From: Zootoca vivipara
Lineage: Eukaryota
DNA: 64,000 nt
Assembly (NCBI RefSeq): GCF_963506605.1
Contig: NC_083283.1
Coordinates: 22,940,001-23,004,000, forward strand
Reading direction: 5' to 3'
Positions 1-12,619 of the stretch are shown here, in pieces; position 1 is the first letter of the stretch; every line of letters starts with the position of its first letter. The notes beneath the pieces are model-generated. The model was not told the origin of the DNA, ran no database searches, and saw only the letters and a program-made list of their open reading frames with translations. A program made the position numbers and the translations under genes.

Positions 1-2109
1 AGGTTAGATGCAAGGTAAATATTGGAATGAAACGAGTAGTGGACCAATTCATTTTTATTTAAAGAAAGGTTTCCTTGAAGAATGCTGTTTATTTAGTACA
101 GCAAATATGGTGATTTAGGAATACATACCGCAAATGCTGTCTAGGAAACTTGCATGTAGGGTGGTCAACAAAAAATCCCAATCTCCCTTTCCATTCATCA
201 GTGATATAGTGGGGTCCCACTATGCCTCATTTGTGGTCTTTCCTTAGTAGTGGTGCTTGGGTGTCTCTGTTTTTGAGATGGCATTGAATAGATTTCCTTG
301 AAAGCTGGAAATATGTCTGTTTGAGCAGAGAGGATATTATTCTTCAAATAAATGTTTATAGTCTGCCCTATCTCATGGATTGAGAGCAGGTCATATCTTG
401 GTGTAGGCTCCTGTGTTTTAATTTTTCTTCAGCTGCTTTGGGGATTCTATTTAGCTAGCAAGGCCAAGTCAGAGGAGCCTAAGCATCAAGATGCTGGAAC
501 TCCTTTAAACTATACTGCAGTTATTAACTGGTGATGAGAGCCTTGGTTCTTCAGATGAGGCAGTAAGAGGGATTAAGTGGGGTTTCCATCCATGCAGAAG
601 GTTGGCAGTGATAGGTAGATAAGGGTGTGCCCTTAGTAAAATATTTGTGAATCACTCCCTTGTAAAATATTTGTGTGGAGAATACCTCCCTTTCTTTAGA
701 GGCTTGCTTTTATATCAGTGAAGATCTTTATGGACAAATTGCAAATGCCCCAAAACACACAGTAGTTAAAGTAAGACTAACTGACCTGAATTAGAAGATT
801 GCAAGAATGTTGCTCAGCTCTAAATATTTAAATATCATATATACTTCGGCAAGCTTTTATCATTTGTTTTTATTGCAGTTTGTAAATCTTTAGTGTAAGG
901 TCTTCAGAATTTGTTATGGAGATTGTCCCAAAATATTGTATCCTAGGAATAGCACAATTGTAAGGGGCAAGGTTTAAAGTCTGCCATATATTGCTGATAA
1001 GGATGAAATGGGATTTTATGATGTATTTATTCAGAGTTTGGTAGATCTCCGGGTCGGATTCAGATGGAGATGTCCTGTTGACACTGATATGTCAGTAGTA
1101 GTAGTAGTAGCAGTAGTAGTTGTGCTTAACTCAGTAGTGGTGAGAGATAAAAGTTAAACACTAAAATTTAGAGGCAACGAGAGCTCCTTGACTTAGGGAG
1201 AAAAGGAAGTCTTAAACTCTCTTAAGCAAAGAGACTAATACAGTGTGGTGGCACTATGTATTTAAAATTCCTTATTAATGGAGATTGTAATATTGTCTTG
1301 TATGTTCAAATACATATTTTATGGGGCTTTTTGGATACAGTTACCTTAATCAGGTGACATTTAATATAGTGCAGAAGCAGGTGTCTGTAAGTGGATCGCT
1401 TGCTGCTTGGGAGTATGAATAAAAAAGAGGGGTTACATATGAAGTTCCCCGGGAATGAATATGTAGCGCCAAGCAAATGGTTGCCATTATCCATGCTCAT
1501 GCTTTTAACCAAAAGTTTGGCTGGCAAGCATGAGCAGTAATTTGTACCGGTAGATTTTTAGATTGGGGGCAGGAACATATTGGCTTGTTTCTAACCATTG
1601 GTGTTTTGTGAGCTCAAGGGCTTTTGATCCAGTGATGGAAGAGGCTTGGGAGGTGATTTTTGCTAATTTCTCCCACCCCTTGTAGCCTCCATTGTCCCTG
1701 AAAATTTGTTATGAAGGGTTGGGGGACCAACCAGAACAGATTTTTCTGGGATCTGCTGGGGAAACCAGAAAAAATTGCTCCCTTTTTGTGACTTTTCAGT
1801 TAGTGGATGCCTCCCCTGGAGCATTAGCGTATGGAACACAAATTGGATTCCACCCTTTGTCATTTTTTTTATCACCTGTCAGAAGGTTATTATACTTGAA
1901 TGTCCCAGGTTAATATCATTTGGCCTTTGAATTTATTAAATTACCTGGGGGTAATTTGGCCTTTGAGTTTATTAAATTTCTGGGGGTACACAGGTGTACG
2001 CATACCCCTAAACATTTATTGAATCTTTGTACTTTTGTCCATTTACTGTATTTATTTTTCCTGATTTGAACTATAAAATGGTGATTTTCTTGAGTCAAAA
2101 TGAGAGTAC

Positions 2110-2190
2110 GGTGGTACCTTGGGTTACAGACGCTTCAGGTTACAGACTCTGCTAACCTGGAAGTAGTACCTCGGGTTAAGAACTTTACCT
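2110..2190. mobile_element. Truncated end of a non-autonomous Tc1/Mariner-type DNA transposon
   Basis: TA-CGGTGGTACCTTGGGTTAC start, resembling the TIR of the complete MITE at 8552; no right end found. Confidence 0.45.
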
Positions 2191-2471
2191 TGGCCTCTGG
2201 GTCTGTGTGTGTGACTTCTTCCTTCATATACAAAAATGGCGAGTGGTTATCTATTCTGCACTCTTAATTATTAGCACGTGCACCAACATCTTTAGTTCTG
2301 TTTTCTATCTTGCTGAAGTTTTGATAAAATCCTATCATAAAACTCAGGCAGCTGCTTGGAAAAATGATACCAAGCTCTGATTCTAGCAAAATTTATCCTG
2401 GACACTACTGCTTCTTAATATTCTTGAAGGTTCACATCTGTTATGTTGATAACCCATGTTTTTGTGTTCAG

Positions 2472-2586
2472 CCCTTATGTTGTCAAGTACTATGGCAGCT
2501 ATTTTAAGAACACAGACCTGTGGATTGTTATGGAGTACTGTGGAGCTGGTTCTGTCTCGGACATAATTAGATTACGTAATAAAACG
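2472..2586 (+). CDS. STK3: STK3/MST2 coding exon (human exon 4 equivalent), kinase subdomains IV-V
   Basis: ttcag|...|gtaag boundaries, 115 bp; reads (S)PYVVKYYGSYFKNTDLWIVMEYCGAGSVSDIIRLRNKT; PYVV rather than PHVV favours STK3 over STK4. Confidence 0.97.
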
Positions 2587-2980
2587 GTAAGTGTTTATTT
2601 TTTATAAAACATTATTACCTTTGCAGTTGTTTGTATGAATAAAAAAAAAGTGTTCCCAACAAAGAGTTATTTACTTGAGGAGGATCATAGAATCATAGAA
2701 TTGGAAGAGACCACAAGGGCCATCCAGTCCAACCCCCTGCCAAGCAGGAAACACCATCAAAGCATTCTTGACATATGGCTGTCAAGCCTCTGCTTAAAGA
2801 CCTCCAAAGAAGGAGACTCCACCACACTTCTTGGCAGCAATTTCCACTGTTGAACAGCTCTTACTGTCAGGAAGTTCTTCCTAATGTTTAGGTGGAATCT
2901 TCTTTCTTGTAGTTTGAATCCATTGCTCCGTGTCCGCTTTTCTGGAGCAGCAGAAAACAACCTTTCACCCTCCTCTATAT

Positions 2981-3205
2981 AAAATAAAAAAATTCCTTCA
3001 GTAGCACCTTAAAGACCAACTAAGTTTTTATTTTGGTATGAGCTTTCGTGTGCATGCACACTTCTTCAGATACTTGGTATCTGAAGAAGTGTGCATGCAC
3101 ACGAAAGCTCATACCAAAATAAAAACTTAGTTGGTCTTTAAGGTGCTACTGAAGGAATTTTTTTATTTTACTTCGATCCAGACCAACACGGCTACCTACC
3201 TGTAA
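2981..3205. mobile_element. Penelope-like element remnant (inverted pseudo-LTR hairpin)
   Basis: 93-bp perfect inverted repeat 2981-3073/3077-3169 plus unpaired extension ...CAGACCAACACGGCTACC; 12-bp TSD CCTCCTCTATAT at 2969-2980 and 3206-3217. Confidence 0.85.
3074..3117 (+). ncRNA. Minimal type I hammerhead ribozyme motif (Penelope type)
   Basis: Stem I TTGGTAT/ATACCAA, core CTGAAGA 3081-3087, stem II GTGTG-CATG-CACAC, GAAA 3103-3106, GC, then TC with predicted cleavage after 3110. Confidence 0.7.
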
Positions 3206-3247
3206 CCTCCTCTATATGACATCCTTTTATATATTTGAACATGGCTA

Positions 3248-3598
3248 CCAGGTGGCGCTGTGGTTAAACCACTGAACCTAGGGCTTGCTGATCAGAAGGT
3301 CGGCGGTTTGAATCCCTGTGACGGGGTGAGCTCCCGTTGCTTGGTCCCAGCTCCTGCCAACCTAGCAGTTCGAAAGCACGTCAAAATGCAAGTAGATAAA
3401 TAGGAACCGCTATAGCGGGAAGGTAAACGGCGTTTCCATGTGCTGCTCTGGTTTGCCAGAAGCGGCTTTGTCATGCTGGCCACATGACCTGGAAGCTATA
3501 CACCGGCTCCCTCGGCCAATAATGCGAGATGAGCGCGCAACCCCAGAGTCGGTCACGACTGGACCTAATGGTCAGGGGTCCCTTTACCTTTACCTTTT
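3248..3598 (+). mobile_element. Sauria SINE nested in the CR1
   Basis: tRNA-like head GGTGGCGCTGTGGTTAAA...GGTTTGAATCC, characteristic body, (ACCTTT)n tail. Confidence 0.9.
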
Positions 3599-4668
3599 TA
3601 TCATATCACCCCTTAACCTTCTCTTCTCCAGGCTAAACATACCCAGCTCCCTAAGCCGTTCCTCATAAGGCATTGTTTCCAGGCCTTTGACCATTTTGGT
3701 TGCCCTCCTCTGGACACGTTCCAGCTTGTCAGTTTCCTTCTTGAACTGTGGTGCCCAGAACTGGACACAGTACTCCAGGTGAGGTCTGACCAGAGCAGAA
3801 TACAGTGGTACTATTACTTCCCTAGATCTAGATGCTATACTCCTATTGATGTAGCGCAGAATTGCATTGGCTTTTTTAGCTGCTGCATCACACTGTTGAC
3901 TCATGTCAAGTTTGTGGTCTACCAGGACTCCTAGATCCTTTTCACATGTACTGCTCTCAAGCCAGGTGTCTCCCATCCTGTATTTGTGCCTTTCATTTTT
4001 TTTGCCCAAGTGTAGTACTTTACATTTCTCCTTGTTAAAATTAATCTTGTTTGCTTTGGCCCAGTTGTCTAATCTATTCAGGTCATTTTGAAGTGTGATT
4101 CTGTCCTCTGGGGTATTAGCCACCCCTCCTAATTTGGTGTCATCTGCAAACTTGCTCAGGATGCCCTCAAGCCCATCATCCAAGTCATTGATAAAGATGT
4201 TGAATAAGACTGGGCCCAAGACAGAACCCTGTGGCACCCCACTAGTCACTACTCTCCAGGATGAAGAGGAGCCATTGATGAGCACCCTTTGGGTTCGGTC
4301 AGTCAGCCAGTTACAAATCCACCGAATGGTAGCATTCATAAAGGCCCCATTCTTTCCCTGTTTACTTTTATATTAGTTGTTAGTGATAGTGATTCTCCTG
4401 CTGCTGTTTAAAGTACAATAACATGCCATGCCACAGAGTCTGATAATCTTTTCAGACCATGTCTAATAAAAATGTAAGAATTTTATGAAAGGGAAATATG
4501 ATTTATCCACTGTTTTTTCAGAGAACCACAGACTTAACCTTGGCAAATCATATTACTAGTATATACCAACATGTCAGAGGAGTAAGGCTGAGTCTCTTGG
4601 GTTGCTGGAATATGAAGCAGGCCTGCACCAACCAATCTTCATGGCTGTTTATAAGGAAGAATATATTC

Positions 4669-4758
4669 CATAGCTGCCAAGTTTTCCCTTTTCTCACGAG
4701 GAAGCCTATTCAGCATAAGGGAATTTCCCTTAAAAAAAGAGAGAACTTGGCAGCTATG
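4669..4758. mobile_element. 90-bp hAT-type MITE
   Basis: TIRs CATAGCTGCCAAGTT/AACTTGGCAGCTATG; 8-bp TSD ATATATTC at 4661-4668 and 4759-4766. Confidence 0.85.
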
Positions 4759-5532
4759 ATATATTCTCTCTCTTTTATGTGGTGTTCAAGCTGCAGAGGA
4801 CATTAAAGTAAAAAACCATATTTGTGGGCTGGTAGGAACGTGAACTGGGATGCATAAAGTAGGAATTTGAGTCTGAGAAGCTGATGCTCAGTCAGTGGTT
4901 GTGATCCTGAACTCAGGAGGGTCATGGAAGGGGCAGAATGGCAAGAGAGGAAACCCTTTGTTGGTGAGGAGCTGCAAGAATTGGCTGCTAGGACGAGGGT
5001 GCAAATTCAGTTCTGTTTATAAGCTGATGTTCATTATTAACATTAATATTTATAGCCAAGCTGATAGTTTAAAAGTTTAAAGATCATAAACTTTCAATGA
5101 ACAGATTCTGACTGTAGTTCATAAGCCATTTGGATCTTAGAGCTTTGTTTTTAAATGTGAACTTCAGTGGAAAAACATGCACATTACATTTGGATGCCAG
5201 TGCTTGTTCTTGACTTCCAATAATAGTTTGGCGAAAAACAAACCATGGGCCTGGGTTCCTCTGTCAGGACCTGCTATCTACCATTAAACCATGGTTTATT
5301 TAAAACAATGGCTTATTGTTAGACATAAACCAGACCTGTATCTGGTTCAGAACAGATCTTTTTTCTCATCTCTTTATTCTCTTTAAAATTATTTGATATG
5401 GTAAAATACAAAATCAGTTTGTCCTCTTTTCTTTCTTATTGCTAATTATCCATGAAGGAAATAATGAAACTATTAGAAAGTAACTAGTAGAAGTAAACTC
5501 AGTGCCAACAATTATAGTTTAGTCAAGAATTT

Positions 5533-5669
5533 CATAGAATCATAGAGTTGTAAGGGACCCAGAGGGTCATCTAGTCCAACCCCTTGCAATGCAGGAATTT
5601 CAACTAAAGCATCCATGATAGATGCCCCCCCACCCTCTGCTTAAAAACCTATAAGGATGGAGAGTCCAC
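5533..5669 (-). mobile_element. CR1 3' end fragment
   Basis: CATAGAATCATAGAGTTG...GGTCATCTAGTCCAACCCC, similar to 2685-2820. Confidence 0.75.
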
Positions 5670-7020
5670 TTGAGACATGCTTGAGTGTTGTGGGAAGAAA
5701 GAGAAAACGATGGATTGGCTGGTTTATGATTTCATTTTTAGAAGCACATATATTATATCCATCACAAGGAATTGGAGCTTAGAAGTCAGACTGGCCTTGC
5801 AGCATACATATAACTAGGAAGGGCTGAGCCTCTTCTCACATTTCCAGTCATATTTCTTCTATGTAGCTGTCCATGGATATGTCCTCACACTCTAGTGTTT
5901 CCTAAGTGCAGCCACCAGAATCGGTGTGGTTGTGAGCTCAATCCTGTGCCCCTGTGTCTTGGAGGCCATGTGCTAGTCAGAATCCCAGCAACATAGCATT
6001 TACTTTGATTTTCACAGTCTGACGTCTGGTGGAAGCATTCTAAGGCTGAAGGATGATGTCCTGAAAATGTGGGCCGTCATAGTTAGACCATAGTTAGACT
6101 CCAGAGATGGAGTAGTTCAACAATCTAGACTGATGAAAATGGCATTACTTGTATTTTAATGACTCACATGAATTTGGGGTAGTATTTGGGCACTGTTTTA
6201 TCTATTCATTTGCTGCCCTATAATAATATTCTCAGGGCAGTTTACAACAGAGATAAAAATATTAAAGCTATGTACAATAAATCAACAAAACACATTAGAG
6301 ATGCATACAAAACATGGGGCATATAAAACTTATTTTAAAGCAGCAGTATATTAAATTTTTTGGGGTGGGTGGGAATAAAAAATTACTTGCTTAGTGCCGA
6401 ATGTGTTCAAGGTTCCTAGTAGCTACCTTAAGTAGATCCTAAAGTTTAGGCAGGTATATAGAGAAAGCTGATCCTTCAGGTACTCCAGCACTAAGCAGTA
6501 AAGGACCTTAAAGATCAAAACCAGCAATTCAAACTCTACTGCAGTCAGTAAATACACAACCCAAAGGGCATATTGTCAGAAAAGTTTGTAATACAATCCT
6601 GTTTTGATAAATTGGGAAGACAGGGAGAATTGTATCTATAACAAAATAAAACACAGTATATTAGAAACTCTTACACTCACTTTTCATGTCCTGTTTGTTT
6701 AGGTCCTCTGTCCACAGTCTTTTTTTTGTGGGACCTCTGCTCCTGTTTGATGCTTGTTGATTTTTGTGGGATCTAATTCCTGTTCAAGGAGGTCAAGCCA
6801 TGTGGATTGGATTGCAGGAGTGGGACCTTGATTGGGGGTCTTGCTTTCTGTATTTGTAAAACATTTTGCATAACCTTATGCATGCCATATAAATAATAAT
6901 TATAAGGCAGTTTGCATAATTTTGTGTTATAGTTTCTCAGTCTTTCAAATTGTTTACGTAAGTGTGTAATCAGTGTATGTACACACAGAAGAAAAAAATG
7001 TTATTTATGTTTCTCCATAG

Positions 7021-7185
7021 CTTACAGAAGATGAAATTGCAACCATTCTTAAATCTACGCTTAAAGGACTTGAATATTTGCATTTCATGAGAAAAATACA
7101 TAGAGATATAAAGGCTGGAAACATTCTCTTAAACACTGAAGGGCATGCTAAATTAGCTGACTTTGGAGTGGCTGGACAGCTAACT
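7021..7185 (+). CDS. STK3: STK3 exon (exon 5 equivalent), catalytic loop and DFG
   Basis: ccatag|...|gtaag, 165 bp; [55 protein letters not shown]. Confidence 0.98.
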
Positions 7186-8118
7186 GTAAGTATAAAGTGT
7201 ATGGGTAGAGTCATATTTTATAAATGAGAAAAGACTTTGCAGCCCACACTATAAGGAAGTTTCCACTGTACTTCCTACAGTCTGTTGTAGGGAGAGATGG
7301 AGCTTTTTCCCATTTGAAAAGTGTGGTTAATTTGGAAGTCTTTGCTTACTGAGGTCAGCTTTTCTTTTGTGTGCCTTATGAATCTTGTCCAAAACAGTGT
7401 CCTGCAGAGCTTTTGAACAGGGGGTTGAGCCCAGACTTTTTGTTATGCTCAGAGCATGTGTTGAACCATTCACAGAACCAGTTCAGCATGTGTCACTTGG
7501 CTGGGAAAGTAATGTGAACAAAATAGTTCGGTGGTTTGCCTTTAGAGATGGAGGCCTAACCTCTGACAATACTTTATCCAAGTTGCAAATAGACCATGTA
7601 CTGAAAAATACACTGGATTATGGACTGTAGAAGTTGAATGTGGAATCAGATATTTAGGGTGTTTCACACATTATATGGTGGCAGATGTATTTGCATACAT
7701 ATGATAGAGAGCTGTGGCCAGTCCCAATGCCCTGGTGCATATAACTGTAATATTTTTATGTTTAGATGCACATTTTCTGTAAGCACGTATTGCAGTTACA
7801 CACAGAGGGTGTATATATATATATACATAAAAATGTGTAATGTGTGAAAAAACTCTATGCATGTGTTTGCGGCTTCAAATATTGTTTAATTATTGAAGGC
7901 ACAAACATGGCCTCCAGAACATTGTATTAGACTCTTTTGTACGTATCTAAAATAAGACTGTTTTTCTTGGAAACATGCCTTTTAGGAGAAAGTGCAATGC
8001 TGAGCTTTCTTGAGGCACCGGTGTTAAGTTCAGTTGCACAGATCCCATGTAACTCAACTGTGATAATGGGGTAATTGGATAACTGTGATAATGGGAGAGA
8101 GAGATGAAAATACATTGA

Positions 8119-8418
<300 letters not shown>

Positions 8419-8551
8419 TGATTGGAACTACAGCTGAATGTCCAGTTGCTACTTCGATCTGAGATTTAAAACTAAACTGCTACGAGTAAAGTGTAAATCT
8501 TACAGTGATAGAAGGAACTAAAATAAGCTATGCTACACAGCATTTAATATA

Positions 8552-8794
8552 CAGTAGTACCTCTACTTACAAATAACTTTACTTACGAATTTTTCTACTT
8601 ACAAATGGAGCTCCGTCCGCCATCTTGGATGCGGTTTAGATAGGATTTTTTCTACTTATGAATTTTTAGATAGGGTTGCTTCGACTTACGAATTTTTTCT
8701 ACTAATGCATTCCTATGGGATTCGACTTACAATTTTTTTCGACTTACAAATGTGTGTTCGGAACACATTAAATTCGTAAGTAGAGGTACCACTG
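8552..8794. mobile_element. Tc1/Mariner-type MITE
   Basis: TIRs CAGTAGTACCTCTACTTAC/GTAAGTAGAGGTACCACTG, TA TSD on both sides, internal CTACTTACGAA repeats. Confidence 0.85.
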
Positions 8795-8854
8795 TACAGT
8801 AGTTCAAAAGTGATCATTTACTTCGTCGTTTAATAGACAATTTCCCCCTTTTAT

Positions 8855-8993
8855 GAGGCTGCATTTTTAATTTTTAATTTTAATGAATTGTATTTTAACT
8901 AGTTGTTTTATATTTGGTGTTAGCCGCTCTGAGCCCGGCCTTGGCTGGGGAGGGTGGGGTATAAATAAATTATTATTATTATTATTATTATTA
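8855..8993 (+). mobile_element. L2-like LINE 3' end with (ATT)n tail
   Basis: GTTAGCCGCTCTGAGCCCGG...GGGGTATAAATAAA(TTA)n; an inverse-oriented relative lies at ~49040. Confidence 0.65.
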
Positions 8994-11900
8994 ATGACAT
9001 GGTTTAAAATCTTAAGTTTAATTACACCTGCTGCTTTGATTCCTCCCCAAAAGACAGCTACTGTCACCAAGGATATTTTGATGTTTGCTTATCTCATGAT
9101 TCTGCTGTTTTAGGCATTTTAGGTGTTAATCACTTTTGCACAGGGGTGGAGAACCTGTTTCTCTCCAGATATTGTTGGATTAGAACTCCCATTATTCCTG
9201 GCCATTGACCATGCTGGATGGTGCTATAGGGGGAGCTAGAGTCCAGAAACATATTGAGTTTAGAATAAGAACTAAATAGAGAGTAGTTTAATGTTTTCAT
9301 ATTGTAGTGGCTACATGCTTTGCTTTTTTTTTTAAGTGATGGGTCTTATATCTATGTGATGTCACCTCTTTTGTTCCAATAGGAAACAAACAAAGCTGTA
9401 ACTATGGACATACTATGCATGATATAATTAATTGTAAATCTTTATTTATTGTCTGTTGTTATTATTTATGTGTGCATGGAATGTGAAAAAGGCAGTGCAG
9501 CTGCTACTTTTGATGGCACTGAAAATGCATAGGCAATCTGTATTTCTGGCTTTTTGGTGATATCCTTATTCATTCCGGCTTGTCAAGGGATCAGCTGTAA
9601 AAAAGGAGATTCCATCACTCATGTGTCTTGTTAAAGGGTAATGGTGTGTGTTTTGCAGTGGGTGAACTGAGTTTGGAACTTGAACTATTAATTATCTTAC
9701 AGAAGCAGCTGGTTTTTCTTATATAATGAAGCTATTTTGGTCTTACGTTTAGGGTGAAAAGGAAACATATTTTTAATGATTTTTTTGAATCTTAAAGAAA
9801 TATGTGCCCTTATTCTTGGAGACATAATGATTAGTGTTGACTACAATGGCTTCTTAAAATTTAATGATATCATCCTCATTACATCTGGGATAACTTTGAC
9901 ATAATTGCTTGTAGTTGCACTTGGTAATGAAAGGTAAGAGCTTAAATTATCGGAGAATATTTTCTAAGCATAATAGTTGCTTTTAAACTAAGGGTTAGTG
10001 TTAGTGACAGAATGTGCATATTTGTAATCCTTGTAATCAGTCGTATTAAATCAAAAGGGCAAATTCATTTTAAAAATAACAATTCTGGCTTACATGGTGC
10101 ACATGTTCTTGTTAATAATTTGTGTTCTGGTTTTTAAGGGCTTGTAAGCAGTTAATACTCTTTTGTATATTTGATACCCTACAGTTCTTCTTAATTTTTA
10201 TTAGAGAGTTGTTACAGTGGTTGAGAAGAAATACACAGATTTCAGTTGTGATAGTTTTCCCAGTGTTATATGATCCAACTTCACAAGATTCCTGGACATA
10301 TGTAGATGCTTTTCTTTTTTGTTTTCGTTAAGACATTCAATTGATATAGGCAAGCATGAAAGCTCGGGCAAATTTTCATTGCTTTTTCTGGATCTTGCTT
10401 AGATTCTGTGGTATTTATGTAAAACACTGTTTTGTTACTTGGGAATGCATGCTGAAGTTATTCCTTATGCTATTTTGCTGTAGGCTGGTTGGCACTGCCA
10501 CAAAGGTAATGCATTGCCAGTAGGCCATTTCCTTGTCAATTGCATTTACAATCTAATAGAGATATTACATGACTTTTTAAACAAGTGTTTTGGCAGGGGT
10601 GGAAATGGCAGATTCCAAGCAAATAAGCATAGCTTCCTTTCCCTAACCACACACTAGCTACTCAAGGAGTTGTACTAAATCTTGTGAGAGTGCGAAGGTA
10701 AGGAAAGGATTTCAGGTTGAAAGATGGCAATAAAAGTACTTTAGGGCTCAATATTTGGGAATATATATATCAGATCTTTGTCAAAAACCAACCCATTCTT
10801 GCTGCGGTTGGAAAGGTGGTGACAATCAGCCAATGCAGTAGGCTATTTAATTTATTTTAAAATATGTGCAGTGTGCCTGGGGCTACTTTCCACACTTGAT
10901 CTAATGTTACTAGTAGTTTTAGGAATTTCAGATGTAAGGGCCACCTGCTTCGTTGGCATCAGTGAATGTTCTTTTTAGATGTTTAAAACCTTTTAAGTAT
11001 CAACTTTTTGTGGCAGGAAGTCTCAAAGGGGAAAAGATTTACTTGGTGTAAGTAGTAGATTGCAATCTCTAGTGGAAGTGCTTCAGAGTTCCTGTTCATA
11101 TATCAGAGTTGCTATAATGGGGACATTGTAGAAATGTTTCTGTTCCAGTATTGTGACAACTCTATGTGGTGGCCTGCCACCAAAAACCAGCATCTCTTGT
11201 ACAGGGGTAGGGAACCTGCAGCCTTCCAGATATGGCTGGACTATGGTTTACATCATCCTTGTCCATTGGCCATGCTGTTTGGGAGTTCAACAGCATCTGG
11301 AGAGCCTCACAGGATCATCACCATGGTTTAGTATGACCAAACATACAGCTTGACATCACCAGACTGCAATTTCCCCGTCTCCCACAAATGACAGCCAATG
11401 AAATAGGGCAGGGTAAATTTGTGCTATTAAATAAATTTTAGATAGTGTTATGAGTTCTGGTCCCTGCACTTTAATAAAATTATAGACTAATAGGAATGGG
11501 TCAGAGTAGGACAATGAAGATGGTCTACAGTATGGAAAACAAACTCTGTGAGGAAAGACTGAAGGATCTGTTTAGCCTGGAGAAGACAGTTATTTTCATA
11601 TATCTGAAGGCCTCTTGCACAGAAGAGGGCAAAGTCTCATTCTCTGCTGCCTTATAGGGCAAAACTAGATCTATCAAGACTTCAGTTATAAGATGGTATG
11701 TTTCATAAGAAGAGCCTGTTGGATCAGGTCAAAGGGCCATTTAGTACAGCATTCTGCTCTCACATTGGCCAACCAGATGCTTATGAGAAGCCAACAAGCA
11801 GGACCTAAGTGCCACAGGACTCTCTCTGTTATTCTGAGAAATTGGTATTTAGACATATACAGCTTCTTCTGACAGTGGAGGGGAGAACATAACCGTTGTA

Positions 11901-12372
11901 GCTAGTAGCTGTTGACAGCTTTATATTCTATGAATTTCTCTTCATTTACTTTCAAGAGAAATTAAAAAAAAAACATTCCTGTTTACCCTAGGCACTTGAT
12001 GTCTGAAATACACTGTTCCTGGCAAACATGGGATCACTGATTGAGATAATGTTTTAAACTCTTTTTAGAATACTTAAATATATATTGGTGTGTTTTCCAC
12101 ACTGGGCTCCTTTGAGAGGAAGGGCAGAATGAATGAATGAATGAATGAATGAATGAATATTGGGAGAACTTCTTTGTAGTTACTGTATATCACTTCAACA
12201 GTGTAACCAATTACCAAAGGACTGTTGGGCTATCCTTCACTGGAGGTCTTCAGGCTGAAGTTAGACAGCCTTCTGTTGGGGATGCTCTCTAGCTCTGAAT
12301 TTCTAGTATCAAGCAGGCTGTTGGGTGGCCTCCAATGCCTCCCTCCAATTTATGGTTCTCTGACTTGTAGTA

Positions 12373-12619
12373 CAGTCATACTGTACCTCATGTTGCGTCC
12401 GCTTCAGGTTACCTACGTCTGTTCAAGTTGCGTCCTGCTCCGAACCCGGAAGTACCGGAATGGGTTACTTCCAGGTTTCGGTGCTTGCGCATGCGCAGAA
12501 GCACTAAAACACACTGTGAGCATGCGCAGAAGTGCTGAATGGCGCTGCGGGTTGCAAACGCTGCAGGTTGCGAACGTGCCTCCTGCACGGATCACGTTTG
12601 CAACCCGAGCATCTGCTAT
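12373..12619. mobile_element. Degenerate Tc1/Mariner-type MITE
   Basis: TA-CAGTCATAC...GTTGC start and GCAACCCGAG end; CpG-rich GCGCATGCGC interior. Confidence 0.55.

Larger units (their letters stand above)
2685..4336 (-). mobile_element. 5'-truncated CR1 LINE (RT C-terminal half plus 3' tail), interrupted by two nested insertions
   Basis: ORF 3590-4339 (-) has [14 protein letters not shown] and LVRPHLEYC; ORF 2757-2960 continues the CR1 C-terminus; (ATTCTATG)n tail at 2685-2701. Confidence 0.95.

Noticed and set aside
1918-1988. Imperfect 36/35-bp tandem duplication
   Set aside because: Two copies only; most likely a local duplication or transposon subterminal repeat with no evidence of function.
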